64,000 nt of DNA from the human T2T-CHM13v2.0 reference genome, Homo sapiens, in the NCBI RefSeq assembly GCF_009914755.1, contig NC_060935.1; one strand, 5' to 3'. This document shows, piece by piece, positions 16,542 to 30,571 of the stretch; position 1 is the stretch's first letter, and the number at the start of each line of letters is the position of its first letter. A program made the translations under genes and the position numbers. Under the pieces are notes generated by a model, which saw only the letters and a program-made list of their open reading frames with translations, made no database searches and was not told where the DNA came from.

Positions 16542-18354
16542 TCAAATGGTAGTTTTGTTTTAAATTCTTTGAGAAATCTCCTAACTGCTTTCCACAGTGA
16601 TTGCACTAATTTACATTCCCACCAACAGTGTATAAGTGTTCCATTTTTCTCCACAGCCTAACTAGCATTTGTTGTTTTTTGGCTGTTTAATAATAGTTAT
16701 TCTAACTGGTATGAGATGCTATTTTATTGTGGTTTTGATTTGCATTTCTTTAATGATTAGTCATGCTGAGCATTTTTTCATATGTTTGTTGGCCGTTTCT
16801 ATGTATCTTTTCGAAGAGTGTTTGTTCACGTCTTTTATGTGTTTTTTAATGGGGTTATTTGTTTTTTGCCTGTTCAGTTGTTTAAGTTCCTAATAGATTC
16901 TGGATCTTAGACCTTTGTTGGATGCATAGGTTGTGAATATTGTCTCCTGTTCTGTAAATTGTCTGTTTACTCTGTTGATAGTTTCTTTTGCTGTGCAGAA
17001 GCTCTTTAGTTTAATTAGCTTCTACTTGTCAATTTTTGTTTTTGTTGTAATTGCATTTTAGGACTTAGTCATAAATTCTTACTTTTCAAGGTCAATGTCG
17101 AGAATGGTGTTTCCTAGGCTTTCTTCCATGATTCATATAGTTTGATGTCTTACATTTAAATCTTTAATCAATATTGAGTTAATTTTTGTAAATAGTGAAA
17201 GGTAGGTGTCTGATTTCATTCTGCATGTGGCTAGTCAGCTATCTCATCATCATTTATTGAATAGGAAATCCTTTCTTCATTGCTTATTTTTTTTTTTCAA
17301 CTTTGTTAATAATTAGATGGCTGTAGATTTGTGGCTTTATTTCTGGGTTCTCTATTCTGTTCTCTTGGTCTATGTGTCTGTTTTTGTACCAGTATCATGC
17401 TGTTTTGGTTACTGTAGTCTCATAGTTTGAAGTGAGGTAATGTGATGTTTCTGGCTTTGTTCTTTTTGCTTAGGATTGCTTTGACTATGGGGCTCTATTT
17501 TTGGTTCCATGTGAATTTCATCATAGTTTTTCCTAATTCTGTGAAAAATGACATTGGTTATTTGATATGAATAGTGTTGAATCTGTAGATTGCTCTGGGC
17601 AGTATGGCCATGTTAATGATGTTGATTCTTGCAATCCAAAAGAATGGAATACTTTTTCAAATCTTTGTGTCATCTATGATTTCCTTTAACTGTTTTGCAG
17701 TCCTCCTTGTAGAAATCTTTCACCTCCTTGGCTAGCTGTATTGCTAGGTATTTTATTTTTTTTATGGCTATTATAAGTGGGATTACATTCTTGAATTGGC
17801 TCTCAGCTTGAACATTATTGGTATATAAAAATGCTACTGATTTTTTTTAACATTGATTTTGTGTCATGAAAGCTTGCTGAAACAGTTTATTAGCTCTTAT
17901 ATCCTTTTGGCAGTGTTTTTAGGGTTTCCTAGATATAGAATTGTATTGTCAGTGAAGAGATAGTTTAACTTCTTTTTTGACCTATTTAGATGCCTCTTAT
18001 TTTTTTCTCTTGTCTGATTGCTCTAGCTAGCACTTCCAATACTATGTTGAACAGGAGTGGTGAGAGTGAGCTTTATTATCTTGTGACAGTTCTCAAGGGG
18101 AATGCTTCTAGTTTTTGCCCATTCAGTATGATGTTGGTTATGGATTTGTCATAGATGGCTTTTATTATTTTGAGTTATGTCCCTTTGATACCTAGTTTCT
18201 TGAGGGTTTTTATCATAAAGGGATGTTGGATTTTATGGAAAGCTTTTTCTGTATATATTGAGATCATATGATTTTAAAAATTCTGTTTGTGTGGTGAATT
18301 ACATTTATTAATTTGAATATGTTGATAGATTGCTAGTTTAATTCTATCTCATCT

Positions 18355-18395
18355 TCATCCATCCATCCTTTCATCTATCCATCCATTCATCCACT
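18355..18395. repeat. (CCAT)n imperfect microsatellite
   Basis: Direct reading. Confidence 0.8.
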
Positions 18396-19429
18396 CACCT
18401 ATCTCCATGGTTAAAGACCTCCCTTATATCTAGTGCTGGGCAGGTATTTCCACACAGTAATGGAGTACTAGGAGAGAATAACTGTGAGTCACTTCTTTTG
18501 CCTGACTTTATGCTCTCTTCTGCTGTGGCGGTTGGGAAGGCAAGCTGTCTGTGGAGCTGAGCCAATGGGGAGGAAATTGGATGCACTCAGGATGTCTGAT
18601 AGATGGAATGACTGTGTTAGTCTGGGCCAAGGGAAAGGGAAAGCAGCTGTTCCATCTCTGGCTTGAGCTCCAGTGGATTGGCTGTAGCTTCGAAATGTAG
18701 AGAGAAGATGAATTTCCAAGGAGGACACTTGGCTTCGCTTAATCATATAGGACCTTAGACACAGCTTCCCCGTTGAAACAAATAATCAAAGAGGACTAAT
18801 GGCTCACTAACTGCAAGGTACCATGTAGGAACTGTGAATTACAGGCAGATCCAAGTTGGATTCCTGTCCTTTAAGATATGAAAGTATAGTTGGAAAATAA
18901 GCAAATATGTAAAAGATTATTAATATTATACTGTTAAATTAGCAGCTAACAGTATTGTGCTTGTCTAAGAGACACCTGTTGTATCTTAGAGATCTTAACA
19001 GTCCATGGAGAAGCATCAGTGAGCCTGTGAACTGCCTGAAATTGCATGTAAATTTTGTGTGTGTATGCATTTTACTGGGGAAAGGGTCTATTTTTGCATC
19101 ATATTCCCAAAGATGTGTGCAGTCTGTCACAAATTTAAGTCCATTGTATTTCATTCTCATAGCAGTCTTCTTTTTCACATGAGAAAGCCAATACCCAGAG
19201 AGGTTAAATGGCAGAATCGGTACTTGAACCTAGACCTCTTTGATACCACACCTTGGGCTTGGCTCATCTTGCTATGGTGCACTCCTACCATAGTAGAGGA
19301 AACAGAGGCAAGCAGTGGTTGGTCCATTCCCCCAGCTTTGATTTGTACCCACGAATGGTGTGTGACTGTGACCGCTGCTTTGAACAGAAGTCTGTGCTTC
19401 AGGGTGAAAGCCAGCAAGGTTTGGGATCA

Positions 19430-19720
19430 TTTAACCTTGAGAGCAGCAGACTGAGGATGGCATGCTTCCTAGTGGATACCTGAATGTGTAAGACAAAGAT
19501 GATGGCAGGCAGTTTTCCCTGACTTCACAGAGGCTGGATGAGGAGTATAGTTTATACCCAAGGAAGAACTTCCTAACTTCAAAGTGGCTACTGAGGGAGG
19601 GATTACATTTTCAAAGCAGCCAGATCTGGATATGTCTTGAATAATTTTGACTGAGATTAGGGGAAGGATACATAGATCTCTGAAGATTTTCTTTGGTCAT
19701 TGTTCTTTTCTGTGATTCTA
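19430..19720 (+). mobile_element. L3/CR1 3'-end fragment
   Basis: AAGGAAGAACTTCCTAAC motif and terminal TTCTGTGATTCTA typical of CR1 3' ends. Confidence 0.5.
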
Positions 19721-20304
19721 AATGCACTTTATTTTCCTGGTGTCCAGAAGCCAGTGGAGAGTTAATCGGTATGTATGAGTCAGGATTCTATGATTTCAGC
19801 TGCAGCTCCAAAAGGGGCATTTGACACCTACACTACTTAACATTGCTGTTCACCTTGAGAAACACAGTTCTGCAGACACCTGAGGAGGTCTGCACTTATA
19901 TGGGGCACCCAGGGCTTCAGATACTCTGTGAATGTCTTGACACCTTGACAAGCTGCAAGGCTTTAGTGGGCTTAAAGCACTTTGGAAATTACCTGCTGAG
20001 GTTCTGTTGCACAAATTAAGACCACATAGGAAATTATTATGTTGGGTTTACTTGGCTGATGCCTGTGGCTGAATGAAAGAAGGGGAGAGAGTAGGAACCT
20101 TTGCTTCTAGCAATAAAGAACTGGAGCTAGGTTAGGTAGCTTAGGTTAGAGGGGGCGTCACTGTGAGTGTGTGCATTAAAGGTGGAATTGTGTGTGTGAG
20201 TGCATGCCTATGGCTCTGTAAGTGTAAATGTGCAGATGCTCAATACCCATGTGTCTGCATGGGCATGAGTGTGGGGATGTGCCTGAGTATGAGGCTGTTG
20301 GGAT

Positions 20305-20535
20305 TATGTGTGCATAGTAATTAAGACGTGGGTTTGAATTCCAGACTTACAATTCACAAGCCGGGTAGGTTAGGTAACTTACCTCTCTGCACATCAGTTT
20401 TCTTATCTGTCAAGTCAGAATAATAATAACCACCTCACAGGGTTACTATAAGGATGAAAATAAAAACCATGTATAAAAAATGCTAAGCATATGTCCGGGA
20501 TTAGCAAGTATTGAGTAAATGGCAGCTGTTGCCAT
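20305..20535 (+). mobile_element. MIR
   Basis: GGGTTTGAATTCCAG...TAACTTACCTCTCTGCACATCAGTTTTCTTATCTGT core. Confidence 0.75.
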
Positions 20536-23522
20536 TTGTAGTGGGAGCAGGTGTGCGCAGATACATGTGGTAAGGATGTGCATATGTGTGGGTAAACACG
20601 TTGGCTTTGTCCTCAGCTGTCTTAGAAGACTCTCTGAGTAAAAGACTTCCCTTCATGCAAAATCACTGGTGTGCTCTCTAAACCAACTTTTCTAGAGAAG
20701 CATTTCACAATGAGGCTCCTCTAATGGAGTCCTCTGGGACCCATCCTTTCTAGGACTTGCCTAGCTTTCTGCTGGGCTTGTTCAGGGTTTTGGAGTCTTT
20801 TTTTTCTCACTAGTCATCATTTTCCGAGTCCTTTCCCTCGGTGGAAGGAGGAGGTATTCTGGAGGAATGGGTGATCTGATTTACACTGGGCCCACTTGCT
20901 ACCACCTGAGACCTAGATAGAACTTTGCCCTTTCTTCCTGCCCATTCCCTCTTTGTTCTTATGCTTCATGAATCTGAATAAATGGGAGAGAATATTTGAG
21001 TTCCTCCTGTGTTAAGCTCCATCTTTAATCCTCACTTCAGCTTTTCATGGCCTCAGTTGCCTCTTTTACTGCATGGATTTTTGTCCTTTTGTTCTGCACT
21101 AATAGTTTGGGGTCCTACTGTTGTTTTTCTGATAAGGTAACTACCAGCAGAGTCTAGCTGGGGAGGAAATACAGATATATGTGTAAAGATAATGAGCATT
21201 AATGGTGTGCCTGAATGACTCCCAGGTGGTGAGTGCTGTTGGAGGTCTGAGGATTTGGAGATCATTTGGGGCTGGCAGGATCCTGGAGGATTTGCAGCAA
21301 GAGGGGAAAAGTGAGTATGGCTGGGAAAGGCTGAGAAGTGGGGGAAGGCATATGAGGCAGCAGGGGATATGCTGTCAAGGGACAGTGTAGATGCCAGTTT
21401 GACATGAGTAATGAGTTCATGTGGCAAGACAGAGAGAAAATCCTGGAAAGTTAGGTTAGAGCTTAGCTGTACAAAGTTTTAAGTACCCGGTTTTGGAGCT
21501 TATTGTCGGCGGGGAGGCATGGGCTTTTGTATCACTTAGACCTGAGTTCATTCATTAATTCTTTTGTAAGTCATTTATTGAAATGCCAGGTACCATTCCA
21601 GGTTCTGGTGATACAGTGGGGAACACAAAGGCTAGTCTCTACATTTACAGAACTTACATTCTAGTGGATTCAAACCCTCGCTTTGTTATTTTCCAGCTGG
21701 GTAAACTTAAACAGGTTATTTAACCTTTCTAAGTCTCAATTTGTTCGATTGTAAAATAGGGATAGTTGGACCTAAATGAAATAATGTAAATCAAAGGGCC
21801 TGGTATATGGCTGCTATCCAAGTGTGTTAGCTCCCCGCTTCCTCTTCCTCCCTGCCATCCCTCTTCCTCTATCTTCCTTCCATAGGTTTTGAGAGTCTTT
21901 GTTCTCTCCTACATCTGTTGCTCTGACAGAAGAGCACTGTATCTTCTAACATTCAGCTACAATTTAGCGGTCTCCTTAGGTACTTGGCCTAATGTATTTG
22001 CTTCCTAGAAGTGACATCTAATTGATGTAGGTCAAGATGGTTCATCAGTAGTAGAAATTAACCTGTAAGTGCTTGGGAAGTTCTCCAGGACAACTGCAAA
22101 TTCAGAGCATAGTCTGAGCTCAAGATGGACCATGCCTAAAGAGAACCTAGATTAGGAGCTTAGGCTGGGAGAAGCAGGAACAGATGAGGATAGGAAGTAG
22201 AATCAGCAGAGGAGAGGATGGGGACAAGAAGAAATAAAAAAGTCCCCAGGTGTAGTGGGAAATTCTAATGGTAAGAGTGGTCCATATGTAGAAGTTTATT
22301 TTTTCCTTATGTATTTGTTGAGTACCTACCACTGTGCAGTCATTGAGGCTACAGCAATGACCAAGAGAATAAATTCCCTTATGAAGGTTGCATAAAATCA
22401 GAAGAGAGAGAAAACAAACACATGAACAAATAAATTACAAGATAATGTTGAATAGAGACAAAGGCCATTCGTTCATTTATTCAATCAACAAAATTTTGAG
22501 TGTCTACTCTTTACTAGTTATTGTTTTAGGTGATGGGACTATAACAAGAAAAGGGACAGTCTTTGCCCTCATGGACTTTGCATTCTAGCGTAGACAGTCA
22601 ATTAACCAGTAGACAAATAAATATATAATAAGACTCTGTTAGTGACAAGTGCTATGAAGTAAAATAAAGGAAAGCAACAGAGTACAGGTGATAGGGATGT
22701 TTTTAGATGAAATGCTTAGAAAAGTCCTCAAGAAGGAGTTAATATTAGGGCAGAGACCTACCTGAGGTGATGGAAGAAGCCATTTCCTACTCCAGGAGAA
22801 GGACATCCTGGGTAGATGAAACAGCAAGTATGAAGGCTCCAAGCTTGGTGAGTTTGAGGAAAATGTAGAAGATCATGGTGACTAAAGTAGAGAAGGTGAG
22901 AATTGGGAGTAGCAGGAGTTAATGTCAGAGAGGTAAGCAGGAGACAGATCATATTGGGCCTTAGAGGTTATGGAGAGAAATTTAGATTTTGTTTTCCATG
23001 GGTGGGAAGCAGTTGGAGGATTTTGAGCAGGACAATGATCTATGATTAGTATTTTTGAAATATGACTGGCTGCTTTTGTGTATAAGGTGAAGAATGTAAC
23101 TAGAGAGACCAGATAGGAGGAGAGGTGCAGGAATCCAGGTGAGATGATGGCTCCGATGAGGATCATCATGAAGGATATGGTGAGAAGTATTCAGATTTGG
23201 GATATATATATTTTATAGGTAGAGACAACAGGATGGATTGGATGTGATGGATTGGATATGGAGTATGAGGGATCCTGAGGAATCAAGACTGCATTTGTGG
23301 TATTACCATTGGAAAGACTAGGGGAGGTGCTGATATCATTCAGTCATCTAAGGTCATGTTAGATTTGAGAAATCCATTAGATGTCCACAGGGAGATGTCA
23401 GGAAGGCATTAGGTCAAACAAGTCCAGGGTTCAGAGGAGAGATTGGGCTGGAGGTGTATTTCTGGAGTTCATCAGCACAAGTGTGATATTTGAGGCCAAG
23501 GTGGTGATAAGATTATTTAGGG

Positions 23523-23706
23523 CAGCATCTCTTAAAGTGTGGTTCTTGGAGCAACAACAGCAGCAGTGGCCCCTGGGGATTTGTTAGAAATCCAATTTCT
23601 CAGGCTTCTCCCTAGAATTACTGAATTAGAAACTTTGGGGGTGGGGTCTAGATAAGTTTTAATAATTCCTCCAACCAATTCTGGTGGTAACTGAAATTAA
23701 GTACTG
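23523..23706 (+). mobile_element. MER5A (hAT-Charlie)
   Basis: CTCTTAAAGTGTGGTTC...TTGTTAGAAAT..AATTTCTCAGGC...ACTGAATTAGAAACTTTGGGGGTGGGG. Confidence 0.8.
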
Positions 23707-23950
23707 GGGAGTGAGATAGAGAGGAGGCCTAGACTGATCCCGGGATCTCTAGCAATTAGTATTAGGAAGAGAAGAAGGAGCCAGCAAAGGTTACTAAGAA
23801 GAACCAATTTGGAACTTCAAAGAAAAACTCAGAAAGTGTTTTGCAATGGATGCTAAGAGTTTAAGGTGGTGAGCAGTCGGGTCAAATGCTGCTGAGGGTT
23901 GACGGAGATGAGGACTAAAAATTGTCCAATGGCTTGGGAAAGATGAGGAT

Positions 23951-24326
23951 TTTATTAGTCCATTCTCATGCTACTATAAAGAACTACCCAAGACTGGGTA
24001 ATTTATAAAGGAAAGAGGTTTAATTGACTCACGTTTTTGCATGGCTGGGAGGCCTCAGGAAACTTACAATCATGACAGAAGGAGAAGCAAACATGTTCTT
24101 CTTCACATGATGACAGGAAGGAGAAGTGCCAAGCAGAGGGGAAAAAGCCCCTTATAAAACCATTATGTCTTGTGAGAACTTACTCACTATCATGAGAACA
24201 GCAGCATGGGGGTAACTGCCCGCATGATTAAATTACCTCCAACCAGGTCCCTCCTACAATATGTGGGGATTATGGAAACTACAATTCAAGATGAGATTTG
24301 GGTGGGGACAGAGCCAAACCATATCA
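23951..24326 (-). mobile_element. THE1C solo LTR
   Basis: TATTAGTCCATTCTCATGCT...GCCAAACCATATCA; exact TSD AGGAT (23946-23950 / 24327-24331). Confidence 0.92.
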
Positions 24327-25291
24327 AGGATCTTTTTGCAGCCTTGACTGGAACAGTTTCAATGGAGTGGCCAGCATGAAACCTTGTTTGAAGTAAGGTT
24401 AAAAGAGAAAGGATGGTAAAGAAACAGAGACAAGTATAGCCAGCTGTTTATGGGGTTAGATAAAAAGGTACAGTGACAAAGAGCAGTAGCTGAATGCTGA
24501 CTTTGGGTTTAGGGAGTTTTTGTTTTGGAAGGGGAGTTTTTTCTTAAGGTCAGAGATATTATAACATATTTGAAAGTGGGCAGGGGTCCTGTAGTAGAGT
24601 CTGTAAAGTATGATGCAGTAGAGGGGTTGCTAATTGCAGGAAGGAAATCCTTGAATAGGAGAGAGGGGCCGGGATGCCATATGTGAGTGAGGGGACTCAT
24701 TTTAGGAGCAGGGTAAGCTGATCCTTGGCATCAGGAGGAAAGGGAGAGGATAATGAATATGGATTTATGAGGTTAGTATACTTGAAGATGCAAAGATGAG
24801 CTAGTTCTGCCTCTATTCTTAGTGAAATAAGAAGTGAGGTCATCCACTGAGGGCAAGTGGGGGGTGAAGGTTTGAGTGAGAGAAGAATGTGTGAAAAGAG
24901 GAAAATAAATGAGGCCATGTGATTGGCTAGAGCATGCCTTCTCACATGCTCTCCAAACACTCACGGTGGGCAGGTGAGAGGGCAGGGCAGGAGAAAGACA
25001 GTTAGAGCTTCTCCTATATGGGCTACTCCTCTTGCCCCAGCAGCCACAGGAAGCCCCTGGCCGAGCAGAGCAACCTGTCAGTGCACAAGTGAGGCAAGCA
25101 TAGATGCCTACGCTGCCCTCACTGGGGTAAAAAGTTAGGCATTTAGCCCAGCGTCAAAGCTGGCCCCGTCATCATGGTTTAGGATAATCTTTAAGTTCAA
25201 GAATCATCTTGGAGTTTCTCATTCAGAGAAGATGGTGGTCTGCTTGGTCTGTGGAATTTCTCAGGCCTGCTCTTTATTGTCCATTGTCTAA

Positions 25292-25750
<459 letters not shown>

Positions 25751-25984
25751 CCCCTTTCCTCTTTTCTATACCTCTCCTCTCCAGTCCTGTGTAGCCTTCT
25801 TCCCTACATTATTTATTTATTTTTTACTTACCTGCTCTTATTTTTATTATTTCTCCTCATTCTAGAGCTCACATAGGCTCTGGAGTCTGATAGCCTGGTG
25901 TGAATCCTGGCCCCCAGTTTGTTATTGTTATTCTCCTTTAAAAATAACCAGAGCTCCCTGGGTAGAACTGATTACAAAATTTGG

Positions 25985-26190
25985 AACAGGGGTACATCAA
26001 GGTGGCTCTGGGGTATCTGTTTTCAGATATATCTGAGTTAGAGCAAAAAAGGGCCAAGAGGTAAACTGAAAGGGCTCCCATTGGTCAATGTGGAACAATT
26101 TAATTATAAAAAAGCAACAATTATTATAATTGATAAAAATAACTTGCTACAAAAAAATCCATGAATACATGATAATGCTCAAAAAGAATG
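25985..26190 (+). mobile_element. L1MC-type 3'UTR fragment inside a MIR
   Basis: CTGAAAGGGCTCCCATTGG..AATGTGGAACAATTTAA resembles L1MC4/5 3'UTR; MIR pieces on both sides. Confidence 0.5.
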
Positions 26191-27674
26191 TGACCCTGAG
26201 TCAGTTTTTTTAATGTGTTGTGCCTCAGTTTACATGTGTAAAACAGGTAGATAATAGTAGTGTGTACCTCATAGTACTGTGGTAAGGATTAAGGAATACA
26301 GTGCCTGCAGAGAGATTAGCAAGTGATTGAAACATCATGCTTAAGTGTCAGCCATAGTTAGCATTATTATTATTATACATCTCCTACTACTAGCATTATT
26401 ATTAGTTGTATTATTCCATAATGGTAATATTATTGGTTACAGTCTCTACTATTAACATTATTATTATTTCCAAAGAATATTCTACAAGATACTATGATAA
26501 ATATTCCAAGTACAAAAATTTAAAGTGGAGAAAAAATCAAATTTACTGAGAACTACTATTACCTAGGCGCTGTGCAATGCTCAGAGTTGGAACGATCAGG
26601 AATTATAGTTTATGTTTATACGTGGATTTGTTTAATGTTATTCTTCCATACTAGATATAAGGGCCCTGAGTTTAGCTTCCTTTAAGTTGTGATGTTCACT
26701 GCTATATCCCAGTTATTGGTATAGTATTCGTTAAGTAAACGAAGTAGTGAAAAACACCCAGAATCATCTATGACGCAGTGTGAGAAAATGTAGCATAGAA
26801 GATTGTAAGATCACAGCCAATATTTCTGCTGAGAGCTAGAGGGTGTGTGCGTGTGCACACCTGTGCACGTGTGTTTTCCAGGTAAGCATCCCAGAAGAGG
26901 ATACTCCAAGCCCTGGTGGGTGGGGGGATTTTCATCAGGTTGAGAGGCTGGCAGGAGGCATTCTGAGCAGAGATGCAGTGCTTTACAGAGAGCCTGGCAC
27001 ACAGGAGTGCACAGTGCTGAGGGACTGAGTGGATGAATGGAACAGGCATTGAGGTGCTGTCAGGTCACTGGGTTTGCTGGCTTGCTGGGGCACAGGGAGT
27101 GCAGATGATGGGGAATCACTGATGGTTTTAAGCAGGAGCACTTCAGCTTAGATGCAGGGTCCTGGGAGAGACTGGTTTGAGCTACTGTGGATCAAAATCT
27201 GGGTCACTTTGCTGTTTGTGTTCACGTTAGAAAATTTGATGTTTTCAAAAAGACTTTTTCTTTCTTTTCTTCATTCTTTTCTGATGGAATTGAATAATAG
27301 CCCAGGTTCTGGACTTGGACCTGGATTCAAGTCCCAGCTTAGGCAGGACTAGCTTCTTGACCTTGGATCATGTCCCCACATGTAAAGTGTAGGAGGAAAT
27401 ATCTATTTCCCAGGGTATTGTGAATCACCAATGAGGTAATGCCTGGGGAAGAACTTTTCCTGCTAGAGGACGAGAAGCCAGATTTGAAAGATGGGACCTA
27501 TTTCTTTATTCCTCAGAGATGGCAGTGTACTTGGTCTTTAACCCCAGGAAGTGGAGTCAGACTTTGCTTAATGTATTTCTTAAAGGTGTGTTTCCTGTTG
27601 GAGGAGCAAGCAAGTCATTGAGGTGTTAGAACTGGGAGCAGAGATACAAGTAGGGCTCTTTTAGCACCTTAGAG

Positions 27675-27862
27675 CTGAGTTGTCCTATATAATTGCCGCA
27701 AGCTACATGTGGCTATTTAAATTTAAATTGATTAAAATAAAAGTTAAAAATTCAGGTCCTTATTTGCACTAGCTACATTTCAAGTGCTCAGTAATCATGC
27801 TGTATTGGCTACTGTGTTGGACAGCACAGCTGTCCTTGTAGAAAGCTCTGTTGGACGCACTG
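27675..27862 (-). mobile_element. MER3
   Basis: GCTACATGTGGCTATTTAAATTTAAATT...CATTTCAAGTGCTCA...GAAAGCTCTGTTGGAC. Confidence 0.82.
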
Positions 27863-29463
27863 CCTGACAAAGAGCAGGGAACACGGCAACGTTGATCAGC
27901 AGAGCTCTGCTAAAATCGTGGTGGTTTGGCAGCACCTTCCAGGGCCCGTTGACATTGTCCAGTGAGGCCTGCAGAGGACAGAGCCCTTGAGTGAAAGTGA
28001 AATGATGAACCGTCAATGTTACTATGTTCTTTGTGCTGTATTTGCAGATGGGCAGGATGCACACCACGTTGTCAGGTTGCATCTTGGGAGCCAAATGCTC
28101 AACATAAATGAATACTGTCTCTTGCTTTCCTGCTGTGCTTTGTTGCTCTTTAAATGTTCCCAGCAGACAATAATCCAGCCGCTGTCTGCCTGTATTTACA
28201 TTTTCTGTCACGATAGAGAGAGTGGGAGCTGTGGCATGGTAAAAGCACTTCACCATTTCTGTCTTTCCCTTGACAGTGTCTTCTGAGAATCCTCAGAAAG
28301 TGAAAGGGATGGAGGTCCTTGCTCAAGTGACCTGCAATGGGATTTGGGTGGGATTCAGCTGGATAAATTGCCAGTCATGTTAATGGACATGTTCCCGCAC
28401 TGCCATTCCCTGGGCAGAGAGACAAAGTGACCTCTTCTCACTTTCTGCAGGGTTCACAAGAGGATGTGCTTAATATACTGTAGGGGGTAGCATGAGAAAG
28501 GAAGTAGTGAAATGGCCTAGAAAACTCAAGTGGTCTGGAAGCACGGTTTTTAAAGGAGTCACTCAGAGACATGCAACAAAACAAAGAGACAATAACCAAG
28601 ATACTTTACCCTCAAGCGCCATCGTTATACCAGGAGGAAGATTCAGAGAGGGAACTATTTATTCACTCAACAAATATTTATTGAGTCACTGCCATTTGCC
28701 ACATACTATTCTTGTGCCTAAGTTATAGCAGTAACAAATAATCTCTGTTCTGGTGGAATTTACATTTCAGTGAGGGAAGAATAGCCAACACTTATTGAGT
28801 GCAGACCACATGCTGGGCACTTTTCTAGCCCACTCAATGCTTATAACAACCCCCTGAGATGTACACTATTACTGTCCTCATTTTTCAAAGGGTCACTTGC
28901 TTGGAATTGGCAGAACTGGTCCTGGCTACCTGGCTTCCTAGTCCACACTCTTGATCGTACCCTGCACTTTACTGTCACTCCTCAAACTAGGAAAGGAGAA
29001 GGTCTTCCTGGATGAAGACAGACTGAGCAGTCCCTGCCATCTCTGGGAGCAGGAACCCCATGTTTAGGACAGGGGACTTTGTAATTGGCCTTGCATTTCC
29101 CCGGTCCCAGGCTCTTGCTCCTCTCCTTTGGGGCATTTTCCAAACCTGAAGAATCCTGAAGCTTTCTCAGCCTTGTAATACCATTGAGGGCACTGCAACT
29201 TCCATGGTTGCCCCTGGCCCTGGAGTCCCTTAGATCTAGGAATCCTTCCCTCCTTGATCCTCAATGGAGAGTCCCCTTAACAGATTGCTGCTGATGCTGG
29301 TGTCCCAAGTTGCAGCATTTGATTTCTTTAGCCTTAAATAACTTTTCTTAATGTTGTCATGATGATGACAGGAATATCAGTGATGTCAGAAATATTCTTT
29401 TTCTAGTACCTCCTTGGTTGCAACAAAGAAATTCAAATCTACTTTTTCTAATATTTTATTTTC

Positions 29464-29616
29464 ATTTTCTTTTCATTTTATCTTAATTTTATTTTTTGTA
29501 GAGACAGTATCTTGCTATGTTGCCTAGGCTGGATTCAAACTCCTGGGCCCAAGTGATCCTCCTGCCTCAGCCTCCTGAGTAGCTGGTACTACAGCTGGGC
29601 ACCACCATGCCCAGCT
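29464..29616 (-). mobile_element. FLAM (free left Alu monomer)
   Basis: Monomeric Alu-like body; TSD CTAATATTTTATTTTC / CTAATGTTTTATTTTC. Confidence 0.88.
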
Positions 29617-30571
29617 CTAATGTTTTATTTTCTGTTCCTTCTGATGTTCCCTTTCTGCTTTCTGCAGATTTAACTTTTTTAAAAGGGCTTCAACCTGCTT
29701 TTTCAGTTCCTTCTCTGAACTGGCATGTTTTCTGGTTCTGAGTTTTCTCCTCTCCTTTACTTCTTTCTGGCCCCTCCCCCACCCCATCCCCCGTTTTAAC
29801 TTTAAGAACAAAACCAATTTTTAAGCTGCTTCTAATCCTCCCTGGGTTTCTGATGTTCTCATTCTAAAGTTCAAATAGTAGCTTTCTGTGCACATGTGAA
29901 TTCCTGGAGCCTTCTCGCCCCTCATAGTGTTTTTCCCTCTGCCTTGATGCATGTCTGATTCTTAATCCACGTCCCAAATACAGACCATTTAGCTTTCCCT
30001 CCTAGACCCCGGGCTTATGCTATTGCCATTTGTCTTTTCTCCTATCTCAACTTAAGAAAGTGTCATACTGTGTCACCTGGCAGAAGGGCTTCTATTCATC
30101 TCTAACTGCTCACAGATGATGACATTTTTCCATTGTGATTAAACTGACCTCCAGGTCTCTGAAGCCTACAAGCATAATCAGGACTTATTTAATATTCCTG
30201 ATTAGGATAAAAAGGGCAGAGACATTTTAGAATCTTCCCTGTCAAGCCACCAAGAACATCATGGTGTTTCTTTTCATCTCTGTGAATAATCCTAAGAACT
30301 TTTCAGAGATTAGAGCTTCCTTCCTTAAAGAGGGATTGCTAGTGGTACTGGGTACTTCAAAGAAAATGTAGATGAGTCACCCAAACCCATCAAGGTTAAT
30401 TCTACGATGGAACACTCCAAGTCTTTATAAACTTCTCTCAATTTTCAGAATTCTGGGACCGTGTTTCCACAGAGATTAGATGGAGTATTTGTCAGGGGAA
30501 CTGATGAATACTTAATTCTGTGCTCAGTTAGCCACCCCTTCCTGCAAAGTCCTAAGGGAAATATATGATGG

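Larger units (their letters stand above)
14448..18325 (-). mobile_element. 5'-truncated L1PA15/16-like element (host), interrupted at 14994-16541
   Basis: 3'UTR TTTAGATTCAGGGGGT..ATGTGCAGGTTTGTTAC..GGTATATTG; ORF2 sequence to 18325; TSD TAGGTTGCTAGTTT (14434-14447) / TAGATTGCTAGTTT (18326-18339). Confidence 0.88.
22290..24900 (-). mobile_element. L2 (long, fragmented)
   Basis: ATTCGTTCATTTATTCAATCAACAAAATTTTGAGTGTCTACT 3' end followed by purine-rich L2 body; interrupted by MER5A and THE1C. Confidence 0.75.

Noticed and set aside
27795-28256. 153-aa minus-strand ORF
   Set aside because: C-terminus runs into MER3; no recognisable homology.
30175-30204. 9-bp inverted repeat TAATCAGGA...TCCTGATTA
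   Set aside because: Short arms with a 12-nt spacer are within chance expectation.
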